A stretch of DNA of 64,000 bases. It comes from Mobula hypostoma. Its lineage: Eukaryota. The notes below the pieces were generated by a model. The model had not been told where the DNA came from. It did no database searches and saw nothing but the letters and a program-made list of their open reading frames with translations. Position numbers and translations under genes: made by a program. How positions within the stretch are numbered: the first letter of the stretch is position 1; each line of letters starts with the position of its first letter. Positions 1 through 13,223 of the stretch are shown piece after piece. The DNA is taken from NCBI RefSeq assembly GCF_963921235.1, contig NC_086109.1:26414001-26478000 (forward strand), in the 5' to 3' direction.

Positions 1-300
1 GTGTTTCTGTATACAGCACTGCAAGTAAATGTAAACATTGTGAGGACTGGGCAGTGTGTGCCAGAGTGATACTTCCAGGCACGTTTATAATACCGAGATA
101 AGATATGAAATTACAATCTGAGCTATTTCAAGAAAAGGCATTTTAATTTCATGGTACCTTACAATGTACTTTATTTTAGGCCATTGTGAATTTGAAAGCT
201 ACTATAGAAATACCAGTCTTTATTTTAATGAATGGCAATATGAGTCTTAGGGTCAATTTGAGATCGGGTGGTAAGAGAAATAAAAGATGCACAATAACGT

Positions 301-1174
301 TGTTACGTACCCCGTAACTGGGTTGCCAAACCAGCAGAAATGGATCACTCAGTTGGAGTCTGGATTACTAGAACTAAGAAAGTTTTATTAAAGAAACAAG
401 CGACACAGTACTCTAATCAAAAGGATAATGAATGCAACAGTTCAGCAATGATAAACATACATGTACACAGAATTAAGATAACAGGATCAATCAAGCTCTA
501 TCGTTGTCTAGGGGTAAATGACCAGTTTCAAAGTGACGCAAAGTTCAGTTCAATTTAGTTCAGTTCAATTCGCAGTAATCGCTGCCGTGGGAGATGGACA
601 GTGGGGGGAAGGAGAGAGAGAGCAAAACGAATGAATATTCAAGGCTTCCACACAGACCTTCGCAGTCAGCTTTCGGGCGAGTCCTTTGTGATGTCATCTG
701 AGGTCACCGACCGTGACCCCTCCGTTTCCAGAAACGATCGTTTCCCTGCGGTGAACCTGGCACCCAGGCAAGGGTGGACACACACCAGGTTCCCGCCGAT
801 CGTGCCTTTCCACCCTGAGCGTCTATAGCCTGGTCCCGCAAACTGGCCTTCCAAATCTTCCCACCGACTTGTAAGAGACGCACCGCTTCCAGGGTCTCGT
901 TACCTCGGGTGTCGTGTGTGTGTCGCCTTAGTGAACCTGTCCCTTTTTATCCCCCTGCTGGGGTATCGCCTGCCCATCACTTCAAACAGTTCAGGGGTTC
1001 AAAGGGTGAGCCGATCTTTGACAGCTCTCCCATCCCTTCATTAACATCTCCAAATGCTGCTCCATTGTTTTCCTTATCTCTCTCTCTCCCGAAGACAGGC
1101 GGCAGACCAACTGCTGATCCCACTGGTACCAGCACAGGACAGCTACATCTTAATCTATGTGTATTCTCGTCACA
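301..1174 (-). mobile_element. Solo LTR (Gypsy-like)
   Basis: Ends TGTTAC...GTCACA, flanked by an ACGT duplication (297-300 / 1175-1178). AATAAA on the minus strand near 385. Shares blocks with the LTR at 10745. Confidence 0.8.
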
Positions 1175-1604
1175 ACGTTAAACCAATAATCTATTTATTC
1201 AGTGCTTGAGGGAACTTAAGCAAACATTACTTATCTAATGTAGCGTCCATCCTGAGTCCACTGCAGATCGCCTTCGTTTCCTCTTCTGTCCTCGACACCG
1301 CTCGCAATACCGCTCGGTGGTGAAGCCCTTCAGTAAGTCGTGAAGTGGTTGTGTTTACCCTAGTTCTGTTTTTCCTAGGAGGAAGAGATACCTCACCCCC
1401 TTGCACAAACAAGTTCTCCTTCCACACAGGTTGCCACTGAGACAAGTGAGTTCCACGATATAGTAAATTTGGCAAAGCATGTCTAACTGTGTTCCACAAT
1501 TCGTGTTCCAACAAGCTCAGGTCAATTGCACAGCAGCTGCTTAAAATGTTCACCCATTGATTGGCTTTACACTTTATCATAGCAGACATTGAATACAAAC
1601 TCCT

Positions 1605-1960
1605 AATCAGAATCAGGTTTAATATCACTGGCATATGTCATTAAATTTGTTGTTGTGTGACAGCAGTACATTGAAATACATAACAATAAAAACTAAATTA
1701 CAGTAAGAAGTATATATCATTTAAAAAAAGGTTAAATTAAATATGTGAGGTAATGTTCATGGGTTCAATGTCCATTCAGAACTCGGATGGCAGAGGGAAA
1801 GAAGCTGTTCCTGAATCATTCCTGAAATGTTTCAGGAACCATTTAGTGTGTTCCTTCAGGCTCCTGCACCTCCTCCTGATGGTAGCAATGAGAAGAGGGC
1901 ATGTCCTCGATGATGGATGCTGCCTTTTAGAGCCATCACTCCTTGAAAATGTCCTAGATG
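1605..1960 (-). mobile_element. 3' end fragment of Rex1/Babar- or L2-type LINE
   Basis: Tail motif aatcagaatcaggtttaatatcactg (also near 3990, 8845, 44880) followed by 'cttcaggctcctgcacctcctcctgatgg', the reverse complement of the LPSGRRYR-type C-terminus. Confidence 0.65.
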
Positions 1961-2280
1961 CTGCAAATGGAAAATGCAAATTAACTTCCCTTTCAACACC
2001 TAAAAATCTACACCCTCCACTTTCCCACCCAATGCTTCCCATCCCTCTTTAGTTACCTTGACATCTCGAGGCAACTTATAAAAATCATCCAGAAGAGTTT
2101 CAGAGAGAACGAAGTTGAATTTATGTAAAATTCATAACCCCATGGAGCCCTAAAATTCTTCACAACCAACAAACTGTTACTTTTCAATATAAGTGAATGC
2201 TGCAATCAATTCAGAAATTATGTATTAATTAAAATATTATTGGTTACCTACATGAGATAAGTAGCCAATAATATTTTAAT

Positions 2281-2817
2281 TAATATACACAAAGTGTTGA
2301 AGGAACTCAACAAGTCAGGCAGCATCTATGGATAGAGTTAAACAGTTGACAATTACTGGAAGTTTAGAAGATTGATGTTCATGTCATCAGGTTGGAGGCT
2401 ACCCAGACAGTTTCTCTAATTTCCCATAATTTCTGCCTCCTCCCTTTTCTCAATTTTTCTAATCCCCATTGATTCCTCTCTTAACCCATCTTTTCTCACA
2501 CACCCATCACCTCCCTCCGGTACTCCTACTTCTCTTTCTTTTATGGTCATGGTCCACTGTCCTCTCCTATCAGCCCTTTACCTCTTCTACCTACCACTTC
2601 CCACCAGCCTCTAACTTTATCCACCTTCCCCTCCCCACGCGTCTTCCTCCTCACCTGGTTCCACTTACCATCTGCCATCTTGTACTTCTTCCCCTCCTCC
2701 ACCATCTTCTTCTGGCTTCTTCCCCCTTCCTTTCCCGACCTGATGAAGGGTCTCAGCCCGAAATGTCGACTGTTTATTTCCCTGCACTGATGCTGCCTAA
2801 TTTCCTGAGTTCTTCCA

Positions 2818-2852
<35 letters not shown>

Positions 2853-2887
2853 GCGCAAGGTTTCCAGCATCTGCAGAATCTTGTATT
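2281..2887 (+). mobile_element. Non-autonomous Penelope-like element with inverted 5' terminus and hammerhead motif
   Basis: Perfect 14-bp TSD AATAATATTTTAAT (2267-2280 / 2888-2901). The first ~70 bp are the reverse complement of 2765-2830. The 3' part matches the tail of the PLE at 31027-32434. Confidence 0.8.
2733..2772 (+). ncRNA. Minimal type-I hammerhead ribozyme-like motif (PLE-associated)
   Basis: CTGATGA(A)-GGG tctcag CCC-GAAA-tGTC-gact: both conserved core boxes, a 3-bp helix II and a GUC site. Helix I is degenerate in this copy. Confidence 0.6.
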
Positions 2888-5189
2888 AATAATATTTTAA
2901 TGATTTTTTTTTTGATTGAGCAACAAAAGATCACACCTGATCTATTTTCTAGGGGATCTTTTATTAGTATTCTGGGGGAACAGTGCCTCAGTCCAGCATC
3001 TTACCTAAAATGTTATATCCTGACTGTGTAGACTTCCCACAGCACTTCATTTACTGGCTTAAGTGCTCAAATTACTGAAAAGGGAGCAGTTTTCTGAATA
3101 TGAGGCAACAGCGCAACTTAGGCCATGGCTTGCCCACTAGAGATAAGAGAGGCAAAATGGAGAACATGTGCTCCCGTTGAACCAAAATGTCCTGTAATTC
3201 TCCCTCTTTGTCAATAGAGATATTTTATTTGTTTCATGATTTTCCCACTATCCCTTCAATGATTTAATTTTTGAACATTTCATTTGACTCAGTTGGTCTA
3301 ACAAGGAATATTTTCAGCCGTCCATAATTCTAAGGCTTTTCATACAGTGTCACTTCATCGTAAAGTTCCAGTAATACATAGAAATTATTGCTATTCTCGA
3401 CTAACTCCAGTTCCAATAGAAACATTTTGTTTCAACAGCATTCTTTAACCTTTTAAAATTCAAATACTTGTCAAACAACTTAAGTGGATGATGCAGACAC
3501 GTTAATAAAGAGCGCCGATTCATAAGCACAGACAGATAAACAAAAAGCTACTCCATTTGGTCTTGTTTTGGAAAGAAAAGACAGACTGATTGCCAGGTAT
3601 CTACATACTTGCTCTCTGTAAACATAGAAGTTACTTCACACACAGACATTGCAGAGCATGGCTCAGGTCTGGGTCATGGTTTGGTAATAAAAAATACTTT
3701 AATAAAATTAGCCTCTCCGGTAAACACTTCTGCTTAACCTCATTCATGCTAAAAATAGTGTCAGCTGTGGACTACCTGAGTGGCTAATCCAATGCACCAA
3801 ACCAGTCTGCAGTTTAATTGTCTGAAATCACTAATACTCTTAGCACTTCCTAAAGAGGAAAGAATATTTTGGGGAATAATTTCTACCACCAACCCCTCTC
3901 AACTGGCAATGGCTTTACTTGGAAGACATAATACAAATAAAAGGGGATACTGAAAGGTACTACATAAAGTATTGGACGACAAATAAACAGGTTTAATTAT
4001 CACTGACATACGTTATGTCAGTGATAGTTCTGCAGCAGCAGTGAAGTCCAATACATAAAATATTACTATAAGTTACAATAAGAAATATATAAAATAGTGA
4101 ACAAATAATGCAAAAAGAGTGAAAATTAGTGAGATAAACAGGTTAAAGAGGGAAATGGGTTTTGCATTGATATTTCGGCATTTAGTCTCTTACATGGGTG
4201 CAATTTTTGTAAAAGTTGTTTTACTAATCGTGGGTGCCATTGGCAAAGCTTGAATTTGTGACCTATTCTAATTGGTTTCGAGAATGTTTCAATTCTGTGA
4301 CCCTCAACTTAGGTCACTTTCCCATTCCGTATTTTTCTGGTTAGAGAATAGTGTGGGAGGCAATGTGAAAGTAGGTCAAGAGAAGGGAATATGGTGTGGT
4401 GGTGATAAATAGGGAGAAAGAAATAAAAGCTTTAAACCAAAGAAGGCTGGAAATGCTAATTCCTGAAAAGGTTTTATTTCATTCTTAGTTTATAGTGAAA
4501 TCCAAGCTGACAGCAGTTTGCCTTCATAACCTAACATTTTGTTTGGGCTGAAAAGTCAGGTCATCTCTGTAATGACTACCAGACTTCTTCTAATTGATAC
4601 CCATCCCAGTCAATAGACCTTAAGTCCACAGTTTCTGGAAATTCATTCCTTGGCTGGTGAATTGATTAAATAGATTTCTCCAATGGTAAGTTCAGATGCA
4701 AGTTTAAATTTTTTGGAAGAAACTTTCCATCAAGATTTAGAAACAGACGTATAACAGAAAACTGAAATTCTGAAAATACCATGCATTTTCATAACAGGTA
4801 GATTTAAATAGCCTGTTTCTGAAATTTACATGGCAGCTCAATATGATGTTTGTAATAACTATATGAATATATATTGGTTGTTTTATCAGTCTGTAAGTCT
4901 GTGTTTAAGATGGGTATACCAGAGATACAGATACGAAGTGTGCTTTCTCAGGATACAGAGAGAGGTGCTAGAGAAATTCATGAAAGCTAAAAGAATGTGA
5001 ATACAGGAAATCAGAAATAAAAGCAGGAAACGCATAATAGGTCAGGCGGCAACTGTGGACAGAGAAGCAATTAAAGTTTCAAATCTGAGATCATTTGTCA
5101 GAATTGGGAAAGAGAAAAAAATCAAGTGACAGGAGGCGTCATCTCCTCTGTTTTTTTTTAATTCAGAAGAATTAAACCAGTGAACAATG

Positions 5190-6035
5190 CTACCATGGTG
5201 ACATTCTCCAGATGGTCCACAAAACTGTTTCTTTCACTTCTTTTCTGTCTTCTTCTTCTTTGTAATATGATTCTGGTACTGTTGGAGCCTGAGATCTAAA
5301 GTTTGATGCTGGGTTTTTAGGCCAATTGTGCGATCTGGCGGTTCGTCATCACTGAGAAGATTCTAGGAGGTAAATGGCCTTGAGCCTAAGAAGCTTAGAG
5401 ATGGGGGCATGAGCCCAACATCAACTTCACTTCTAGCTGATCTTATCAATTAAAGTGATGAGGAAGATTGAAATATAGAGGTTAGTGTGGAAGGCGAGCG
5501 AGTATTCAGAACTGTCTACCAATCTCTTGATCACTGCTACCAAAGGAAGGTATCTGTGTGTGACGGTCTGTCTTTCCTTCTCACTCGGTGCTCCCGAGGG
5601 AAGGTCTCTCTCTCTCTCTCCCTCTCTCCTGCGATGCTGTCGGAGGATGGTACGAAGTTCTGGGTCTGAGATTTATGGACTGGTCGTTCCTTTTTCTGTT
5701 GCTGTGATTTTGAATCAGGGTGGCCTGCAGATAACGAACACTGAGCTTAATTGAATATGGGCTCTTTCAGTTTTGTTTTATATTCTGTGTTTTTGTTCAT
5801 TTTTACTTGTTGCTGTTTGTACAATTTGTTTTTGTTGTGCGTGGGGTGGTTGATATTCTTGTTGCTGTTTGCATGATTTGTTGTTTTTTTTTGCAGGTGA
5901 GGGGGTTGATCTTTTTCTTTGAACGGGTTCCATGGTTTTCTTTGTTTTGAGGCTGCCTGTGGAGAAGATGAATCTCAGGGTTGTGTACTGCATGCATATT
6001 TTCATAATAAATGTACTTTGAATCTTCTGAATCTT
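5190..6035 (+). mobile_element. Degenerate non-coding retroposon with Rex/L2-type tail
   Basis: Ends 'gaagatgaatctcagggttgtgtactgcatgcatattttcataataaatgtactttgaatc', the same tail family as the LINE ends near 12870-12945, 22830-22900 and 50390-50465. No RT coding seen. Confidence 0.5.
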
Positions 6036-6435
6036 TTACACTTTATTCATACAAATATATACTGAAGAAATAAGTATAATAAGTAAATAATCTTTCTTTC
6101 ATTGTGCCATTAAATTAATACAGACTCTTTCCGTGCATCCATAATTTCTCTCCGAAGAATACATTCATGAAATGCTTAAGAGGCTGTTGCATTGGATACA
6201 GATCCTCAGTGTCCATTTTGACCTTAAACTGTGTTCCATCCCTACTAAGCCTCTTGGTGAAGGCACCAAAGTTTAGCACACTCTCAGCGGGTACTCTAAA
6301 ACCCCTGAGTGCCCCTGTCAGCAACAGTTGCTTCTGGACAGCTCCTTAAGTTGAAAGACCGACAAGATTTGAATGCACCAAAATATTCCTTGCACCAAGT
6401 TGATGATCTTCCAATAGCTAATGCTTGTCATGGTA

Positions 6436-7535
6436 CAGTGCCTATAAAATATATTCACCACCCAATGCTCCCCCACCATCGACGGAGGTTTCCATGTTTT
6501 ATTGTTCTACGACATTGAATCGTGGTGTATTTAATGTTGGGTTTTTTGACACTGATCATCAGGAAAAGACTGTTCCTTTTCAAAGTGAAAACAGATCTGT
6601 ACTAAGTGATCTAAATTAATTACAAATATAAAACACAAAATAGTTGGTTGCATAAGTATTCACCCCCTTCAAGTCAGTATTTAGTAGATGCATCTATGGC
6701 AGCAGTTGCAGCCTTGAGCCTGTGAGGATAGGACTCTATCAGCTTTGTACATCTGGACACTGCAATTTTCCCCCATTCTTCTTTACAAAGCTGCTCAAGC
6801 TCTGTCAGATTGCACAGGGATCACGAATGAACAGCACTTTTCAAATCCAGCCACCAATTCTCAGTTGGATTAAGATCTAGGCTCTGATTTGACCACTCCA
6901 GAACATTAACTTTGTTGTTTCTAAGCCACTCCTGTGTAGCTTTGGCTTTACGCTTGGGGTCATTGGCTTGCTGAAAAACAAATCTTCTCCCAAGTTGCAG
7001 TTCTCATGCAGACTGCATCAGGTTTTTCTCCAGGATTTGCCTGTGTTTTGCTGCATTCATTTTACCCTCCTCCTTTACAAGCCTCCCAGGACCTGCTGCA
7101 GTGAAACATGCCCCCAGCATGATGCAGCCACCACTATGCTTCATAGTAAGGATGGTGTGTTTGTGATTATGTGTAGTATTTGATCTGATGGCCAAAAAGC
7201 TCAATGTTGGATTCGTCAGACCATAGAACCTTCTTCCAGCTGGCTTCAGACTCTCCCACATGTCTTCTGGCAAACTCCAGCTGAGATTTCATGTGAGTTT
7301 TTTTTTCAACAGTGGTTTTTTCTTTGCCACTTTCCCATAGAGCTGTGACTGCTGAAGCACGCAGGCACAGCTGATGTATGCACAGTTTCTCCCATCTCAG
7401 TCACTGAAGCTTGTGACTCCTCTAGTATTGTTGTAGGTTTTTTGGTGGCCTTTCTCACAAGTCCTCTTCTTGCACAGTCACTCAGCCCTGCTCAAGGCAG
7501 ATTTACAGCAGATTTCCATATACTTTCCATTTCTT
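6436..7535 (-). mobile_element. Tc1-family transposon, copy A (3' part, degenerate transposase)
   Basis: TA|CAGTGCCTATAAA terminus. The long TIR has an internal direct repeat (tattcacc at ~6452 and ~6657). The minus strand encodes MKHSGGCIMLGACFTAAGPGRLVKEEGKMNAAK, typical of Tc1 DDE transposases. Confidence 0.88.
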
Positions 7536-7544
7536 TACTCCAGC

Positions 7545-8506
7545 TGATTTCATTTGGCTTTTTTGACACTGATCAACAGAAAAAGACTCCTTCATGTCAC
7601 CAGTTGCAGCTTTATAGGATGGTGGCACAGAGAAATCCACTGTTGAAAAAAACTCAGCTAGAGTTTGCCAGACGGCACGCGAGAGACTCTGAAGCCATTT
7701 GGAAGAAGGTTTTATGGTCTGATGAAACTAAAATTAGGCTTTTTGGCCATCAGACTAAATGCTATGTTTGGCATAAGCCAAGCACCGCATGTCATCAAAA
7801 AGACACCATCCCTACCGTGAAGCATGGTGGTGACTGCATCATGCGCTGAGGATGCTTCACTACCACAGGCCCTGGAAGGCTTTTTAAGATGGAGGGTAAA
7901 ATTAATGTAGGAAAATACATAGAAATCCTGTGTGAAAACCTGATGCAGTCTGCAAGAGAACTGCGACTTGGGAGAAGATTTATTTTTTAGCAAGACAATG
8001 ACCCCCAAGCATAAAGCCAAAGCTACACAAGAATGGTTTAAAAACAATGAAGTTAATGTCCTGAAGTGGCCAAGTCAGAGTCCAGACTTCAACTAAATTG
8101 AGAATTTGTGGCCAGAATTTGTGGCACAATCCCCATGCAATCTAACAGAGCTTGAGCAATATTGTAAAGAAGAATGGGGAAAAATTGCAGTGTCCAGATA
8201 TGCAAAGCTGATAGAGACCTATCCACACAGACTCAAGGCTGAAATTGCTGCCAAAGGAGCATCTACTAAGTACTGGCTTGAAGGGAGTGAATACTTTTGC
8301 AATCGATTTTTTTTTATATTAGTAATTAATTTAGATCACTTTGTAGAGATCTGTTTTCACTTTGACACAGAAGAGTCTTTTTCTGTTGATCAGTGTCAAA
8401 AGCCAAATTAAGTCCACTGTGATTCAATGTTGTAAAACAATAAAATATGTAAACTTCCAAGATGGGGGTGAATACCTGTTATAGGCCAGAACATCCCATA
8501 CTACTG
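7545..8506 (+). mobile_element. Tc1-family transposon, copy B (internally deleted, degenerate transposase)
   Basis: Encodes WKKVLWSDETK, TVKHGG, QQDNDP, WPSQSPDFN and ELEQYCKEEWGKI. The right TIR ends ...ATAGGC[~16-bp insert]ACTG|TA. Confidence 0.88.
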
Positions 8507-8839
8507 TAAGATTTCTGTGATGCATCTACTTGATACAAGCTTCAAGAAAGTGTATTGCTTTCTTTTCCAGACGATCTTGGCAAAACTCCCAGTCCATAAA
8601 GAAATGCATGATAAGTTCTTATGTGCTCCACTCAACATCTTGCCAGATGGGAGTGAGACTCCAAATGTTCAGGAAGAAAGTGGTGGAGTGGGATTCCCCC
8701 AGGATCAACCAACTGAGGGTCTTCGTGCTTTTTGGTGAGCTTTGGCAATGAGGCATTTTGTTAAATGGCATTAACCATTAAATGCTCAAGAAACCATCCC
8801 ATCAGATCCCACAACCCCTGCAGGACATAGTATGCTCAG

Positions 8840-9390
8840 AAGCAGGATCAGAATCAGATCTATTATCACTGACATATAACGTGAAATTTGTTCCAGCAGT
8901 GAACTGCAAGTCATAAACATTACTAGAAGTTCAAAAAATAATTAAGTGCAAAAGAGGATTAGTGTTCATGGGTTCATGGACTAGTCAAACATCTGAATGA
9001 TGAGGGGGAGAAGCTGTTCCTAACATATTGTGTGTGCATCTTCAGGCTTTTGTACCTCCTCCCTGATGGTAGTAATGAAAAGAGGGCATGGTGAAGGTCC
9101 ACAATGATAGATGCCATCTTCTTGAGACGTTAACATGTAAAGATGTCCTCGATACAGGGAGAGTTGCCCTTGATGGAACTGGTTGAGTCTGCACTTCTCT
9201 GCACCATCTTTAGATCCTGTGCATTGGAGCCTCCATACCAGGCAGGGATGCAACCAGTCAGAATGCTCTCCTCCATACATCTGTAGAAGTTTGCTAGAGT
9301 CTCCAGTGACACACTGTACCAAATACCTTCAAATTTCTAATGGAGTATGCCTTCTTGGTAATTCATCAATACGTTAGGTCCTGGATAGAT
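8840..9390 (-). mobile_element. Rex1/Babar-type LINE 3' fragment
   Basis: Minus strand encodes NFYRCMEESILTGCIPAWYG; (gaatca)n tail near 8845. Confidence 0.8.
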
Positions 9391-10269
9391 CCTTGAAGGC
9401 TTTGTTAGGTATATGGTTCCATCCTTTCTCTGCACACATTATACCTGATGTGTGTGCTCCAACCCCTCACCTTCTCTTCTGCTGAAAACTATTTGCTTCT
9501 CCCTTTACTCGTCTCTATATCAAGCTATCGATTTGCTTTCCAATGACTGACACATGTGAAAACAAGGTTTCACTCCCAGATGAGCTCAATGCCTTTAATG
9601 CATGCTTTGACTGACCAAATGTGAAACTCGAAACTGCTCACCCTTTCCACTGCTGACCTCTCAGTGAGGACTGACTTGTGTTCTCCCAAATTCCCAGTCC
9701 TGAAGTTCAAAATCAATTCTGTGATCTTGTTGTCCCAACACTACTTAACCAGCTGATCTGTCTCACTCCTTTATGCCTACTTGTGGCTATCTGAAATTCT
9801 GCCAACAAGAGTGGAGTCACTGCTGAATATAGAGAAAGCATTTGAGCTGTGCCTAGCCACACAGTCGTCAGTGTAGAGCAGAGAGCTATTGATTGTCTAA
9901 TGGACTTTTGCTCCAAAGTGTTTTTCTGTAGAAAATTTCCGATAAGAGAAGAGGTGGTGCAACAATATCCAACTGAATAGAATGTTGCCCATCCTTCATA
10001 ATGGCAAGGGGCAGTTAGAGCCTCCACAAATAGCCACACTTGGTGTGTATGTTTTTTAGTTCTAATGCACAGGTTGAGGCAGCCATACAGGAAGGTGGCC
10101 ATCATGTTGAAGGCTTTGTTGGGTGTGCCTTTCCCTCCTTTCTCTGCACCTTATACTCAATGTACGTGCTCCAAACCCTCACCTTTTCTACTACTGAAAA
10201 TTAATTTGTCTTCTCCCTTTACTAGTCTCTATATCCAACTATTAGCTTGCTTTCCAAAGAGTGGCATAT

Positions 10270-12945
10270 GTGGCAACAAGGCTTTGCTCCCAGATGAGCT
10301 CATGGTTTTTATGCTCACTTTGATGAATAAAACATGAAGACACCTTCACAAATTCCTACAGCCCTTGATGATTTTGTAATTACAGTCTCTCAGGCTAACG
10401 AGAGAGCATTCTACAGGAGGGTGAGGCATCTTGTCCAGACGGGGTGCCCGGCTGAGTTCCAAAGACCTGTGCTATTCAACTGGCTGGAGTCTTCAACCTT
10501 TAACCTCTCACTTCAGCAATCTGAGGTTATTCAAGCAGGCTTCAATTATACCAATGCCCAACAAACACATGGTAACCTGCCTCAGTACCTATCATCAAGT
10601 AGCACTTACATCCACTGTAATGAAGTGCTCTGAGAGGAGAGCGATGAAGCATATTAGCTCCTGCCTGAGATGTAACTTGGATCTGCTCCATTTTCCATTT
10701 CCAGTAGGTCTACTTCAGATGCATTTTGTTGGCACTTCACTCAGTGTCACATACCCCGTGACGGGTTAAAGATCCAGCAGAAATGGAAAACACTTTGAAG
10801 TCCAGTATTGCTATTAAATAATGGTATTTATTAGTAACTATGCAATACAGTAATATAAATACAGATAAATCAAACAGGTTAGCAATGATTATATATAAGT
10901 AAGTGTGGAAATATATGAAAACCAAGCTTCTTCAAGTCTAGGGGTAAATAGATAGTCTTACAATGATGAGTAAAGTTCATTTCAGTTTGTGGTATTGAGT
11001 TGAGTAGTGATGGAGAGAGAGAGGGAGAGATTTGAGTCTTCAGGTGGGCTGACACTGGCGATCTTCCTGTTGTCCTCTGAAATCCTTTAGAAGTCACTGA
11101 CTGTGACCACAACAGTGGGGACCGTTCTTCTGTGGTGGAATTATCAACCCAGGTGAGGGTCGGACACATGAATAACTCCCCACCGCTCACACCCTTTTCA
11201 CACTGCGAGAGCCACTGATTGATCCTCCAAAACCCACCTTTTCTGTGGGCACAACAAAGCTCATTCAGTGTCCAAAACCATGTGTCTGTAGATCTAACAG
11301 CTGACCTTCTAATTATCTCACCATGATGAATACCAGCTGTCCATCAAGCAGCTCCATCCCTCCTCTCTCTGTAAGAACTTGGAAGCTGCCAGTGTCCTTG
11401 CAGAAAGTATAAACATGCTGCAGAGAAACCATAACATCGATTGTCCATCAAATAACTCCATCTCTCTCTCTTTCTATGGCAACCCAAAAGCTGACAGCAG
11501 TGGTCAGTGTCCTTGTAAAAGTGTAAACTCGAGCTGAAAGGCAGACGATGCCCCTCTCTCTCTCAGCAGAAATCCAAAAGTTAGTCTTAGTTCTTTCTTG
11601 TGCCTCAAAATGACAGTCCACAGCAAAGAGGAACCCCAGGGGTACATAACACTCAGCCCTGGAACATCTGGACAGTGAAGATGCATACATCAGGTTGCTC
11701 TTCATTGACAACAGCTCTGCATTCAATACTACCATCCCTTCAAAACTAATTAACACGCTTCAAGACCTAGGCATCAATATCTCCTTGTGCAATTCAATCT
11801 TCGATTTCCTCACTTGCAGTCCCCAGTCAGTTTGGATTGGCAGCAGCATCTCCTCCACAATCACCATCAATGTAGTTGCATCCCAATGCTTTTGCTTAAT
11901 GCTCTGCTCTGTTCACTTTATACTTATGACTACGAGGCTAAGTACAACTCCACTTCCATATTCAAGTTTGCAAATAACATCACTATTGTTGATTGAATCA
12001 AAGATGGTGATGAATCAGCATATAAGAGGGAGATTGAAAATCTGGCTGAATGGCACCACAACAACAACTTCAATGTCAGCAAAACCAAAAGAGCTGATTA
12101 TCGCCAACAGGGGGATGAAACCAGAGGTCCACGAGCCTGTCATCATCAGGGGATCAGAGGAGGAGATAGACAGCAAATTTAAATTCCTTGGCGTTATCAT
12201 TTCAGAGGATCTGTCCTAGGTCCCGTCCAGAAGGCACTGCAGCACCTCTACTTTCTTAGAACCTTGCACAGATTCAAGATGTCATCTAAAATATTGACAA
12301 ACTACTATGGACATGTGATGAAGAGTAGTCTGACTGGTTGCATCACAGCCTGGTATGAGAACACCAATGCCCTTGAACGGAAAAGCCTACAAAAAGTAGT
12401 GGATACAGTCCAGTTCCACCACAGGTAAAGACCTCCCCACCACTGAGCACATTGACAAGGAGCACTATTCCAGGAATGGATCATCTATCAAGGACCTCCA
12501 CCATCCAAATGATGCTCTCTTCCACTGCTGCCATCAGGTAGAAGGTACAGGAGATCTACGTCCCACACCACCAGGTTCAGGACCAGTTATTACTCCTTAA
12601 CCATCAGGGTCTTGAACCAGAAGGTTTAGCTACACTCATCCCAACACTGAACTGGTTCCACAACCTACGGACAATCTATGGACTCACTAGTAAGGGCTCT
12701 ACAACTTGCGTTTTCAATATTTATCACTTATTTATTGATTATTATTATTACTTTTTAAATCAATTTTTGTACGTGCTCAGTTTATTGTCTTTTGCACATT
12801 GATTGTACTTGTTGTGTGCATTTTCATTGATTCTGTTGTGTTTCTTTGTATTTACTGTGAATACCTGCAAGAAAACGAATCTCAGGGATGTATATGGTGG
12901 CATATATGTACTTCGATAATAAATTTACTTTGAAATTTGAACTTC
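10270..12945 (+). mobile_element. Rex1/Babar-type LINE, 5'-truncated and decayed, interrupted by a solo LTR
   Basis: RT motifs [32 protein letters not shown] and [13 protein letters not shown]; 3' tail aataaatttactttgaaatttgaact. Confidence 0.85.
10745..11651 (-). mobile_element. Solo LTR inserted in the Rex1-type LINE
   Basis: Ends TGTCAC...ATAACA with a 5-bp TSD CTCAG (10740-10744 / 11652-11656). Removing it restores the LINE peptide [22 protein letters not shown]. Confidence 0.88.
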
Positions 12946-13223
12946 TGAAAATTCACGTTAAGATACCACTGAATAATTCAACAAAGCTACCTACAAAGCT
13001 TGGCTACAATGAAAAACCCCTGAGGAAGTAACAGCACTTGATGAAGTACATAACTGAGATGATCGTATCCCATCTTTCAGAGCAACTATCTGCAGTACAA
13101 CTGTAAATATTTCCTGATTTGCCTTTGGGAATATGATGGGTAGCTGAGTTCTTGACCCACTATAATCTTTCAGAATAAACTACTTCCACAATGTTGTTGG
13201 ACAGCGAATTCGAGGATTTAGAC

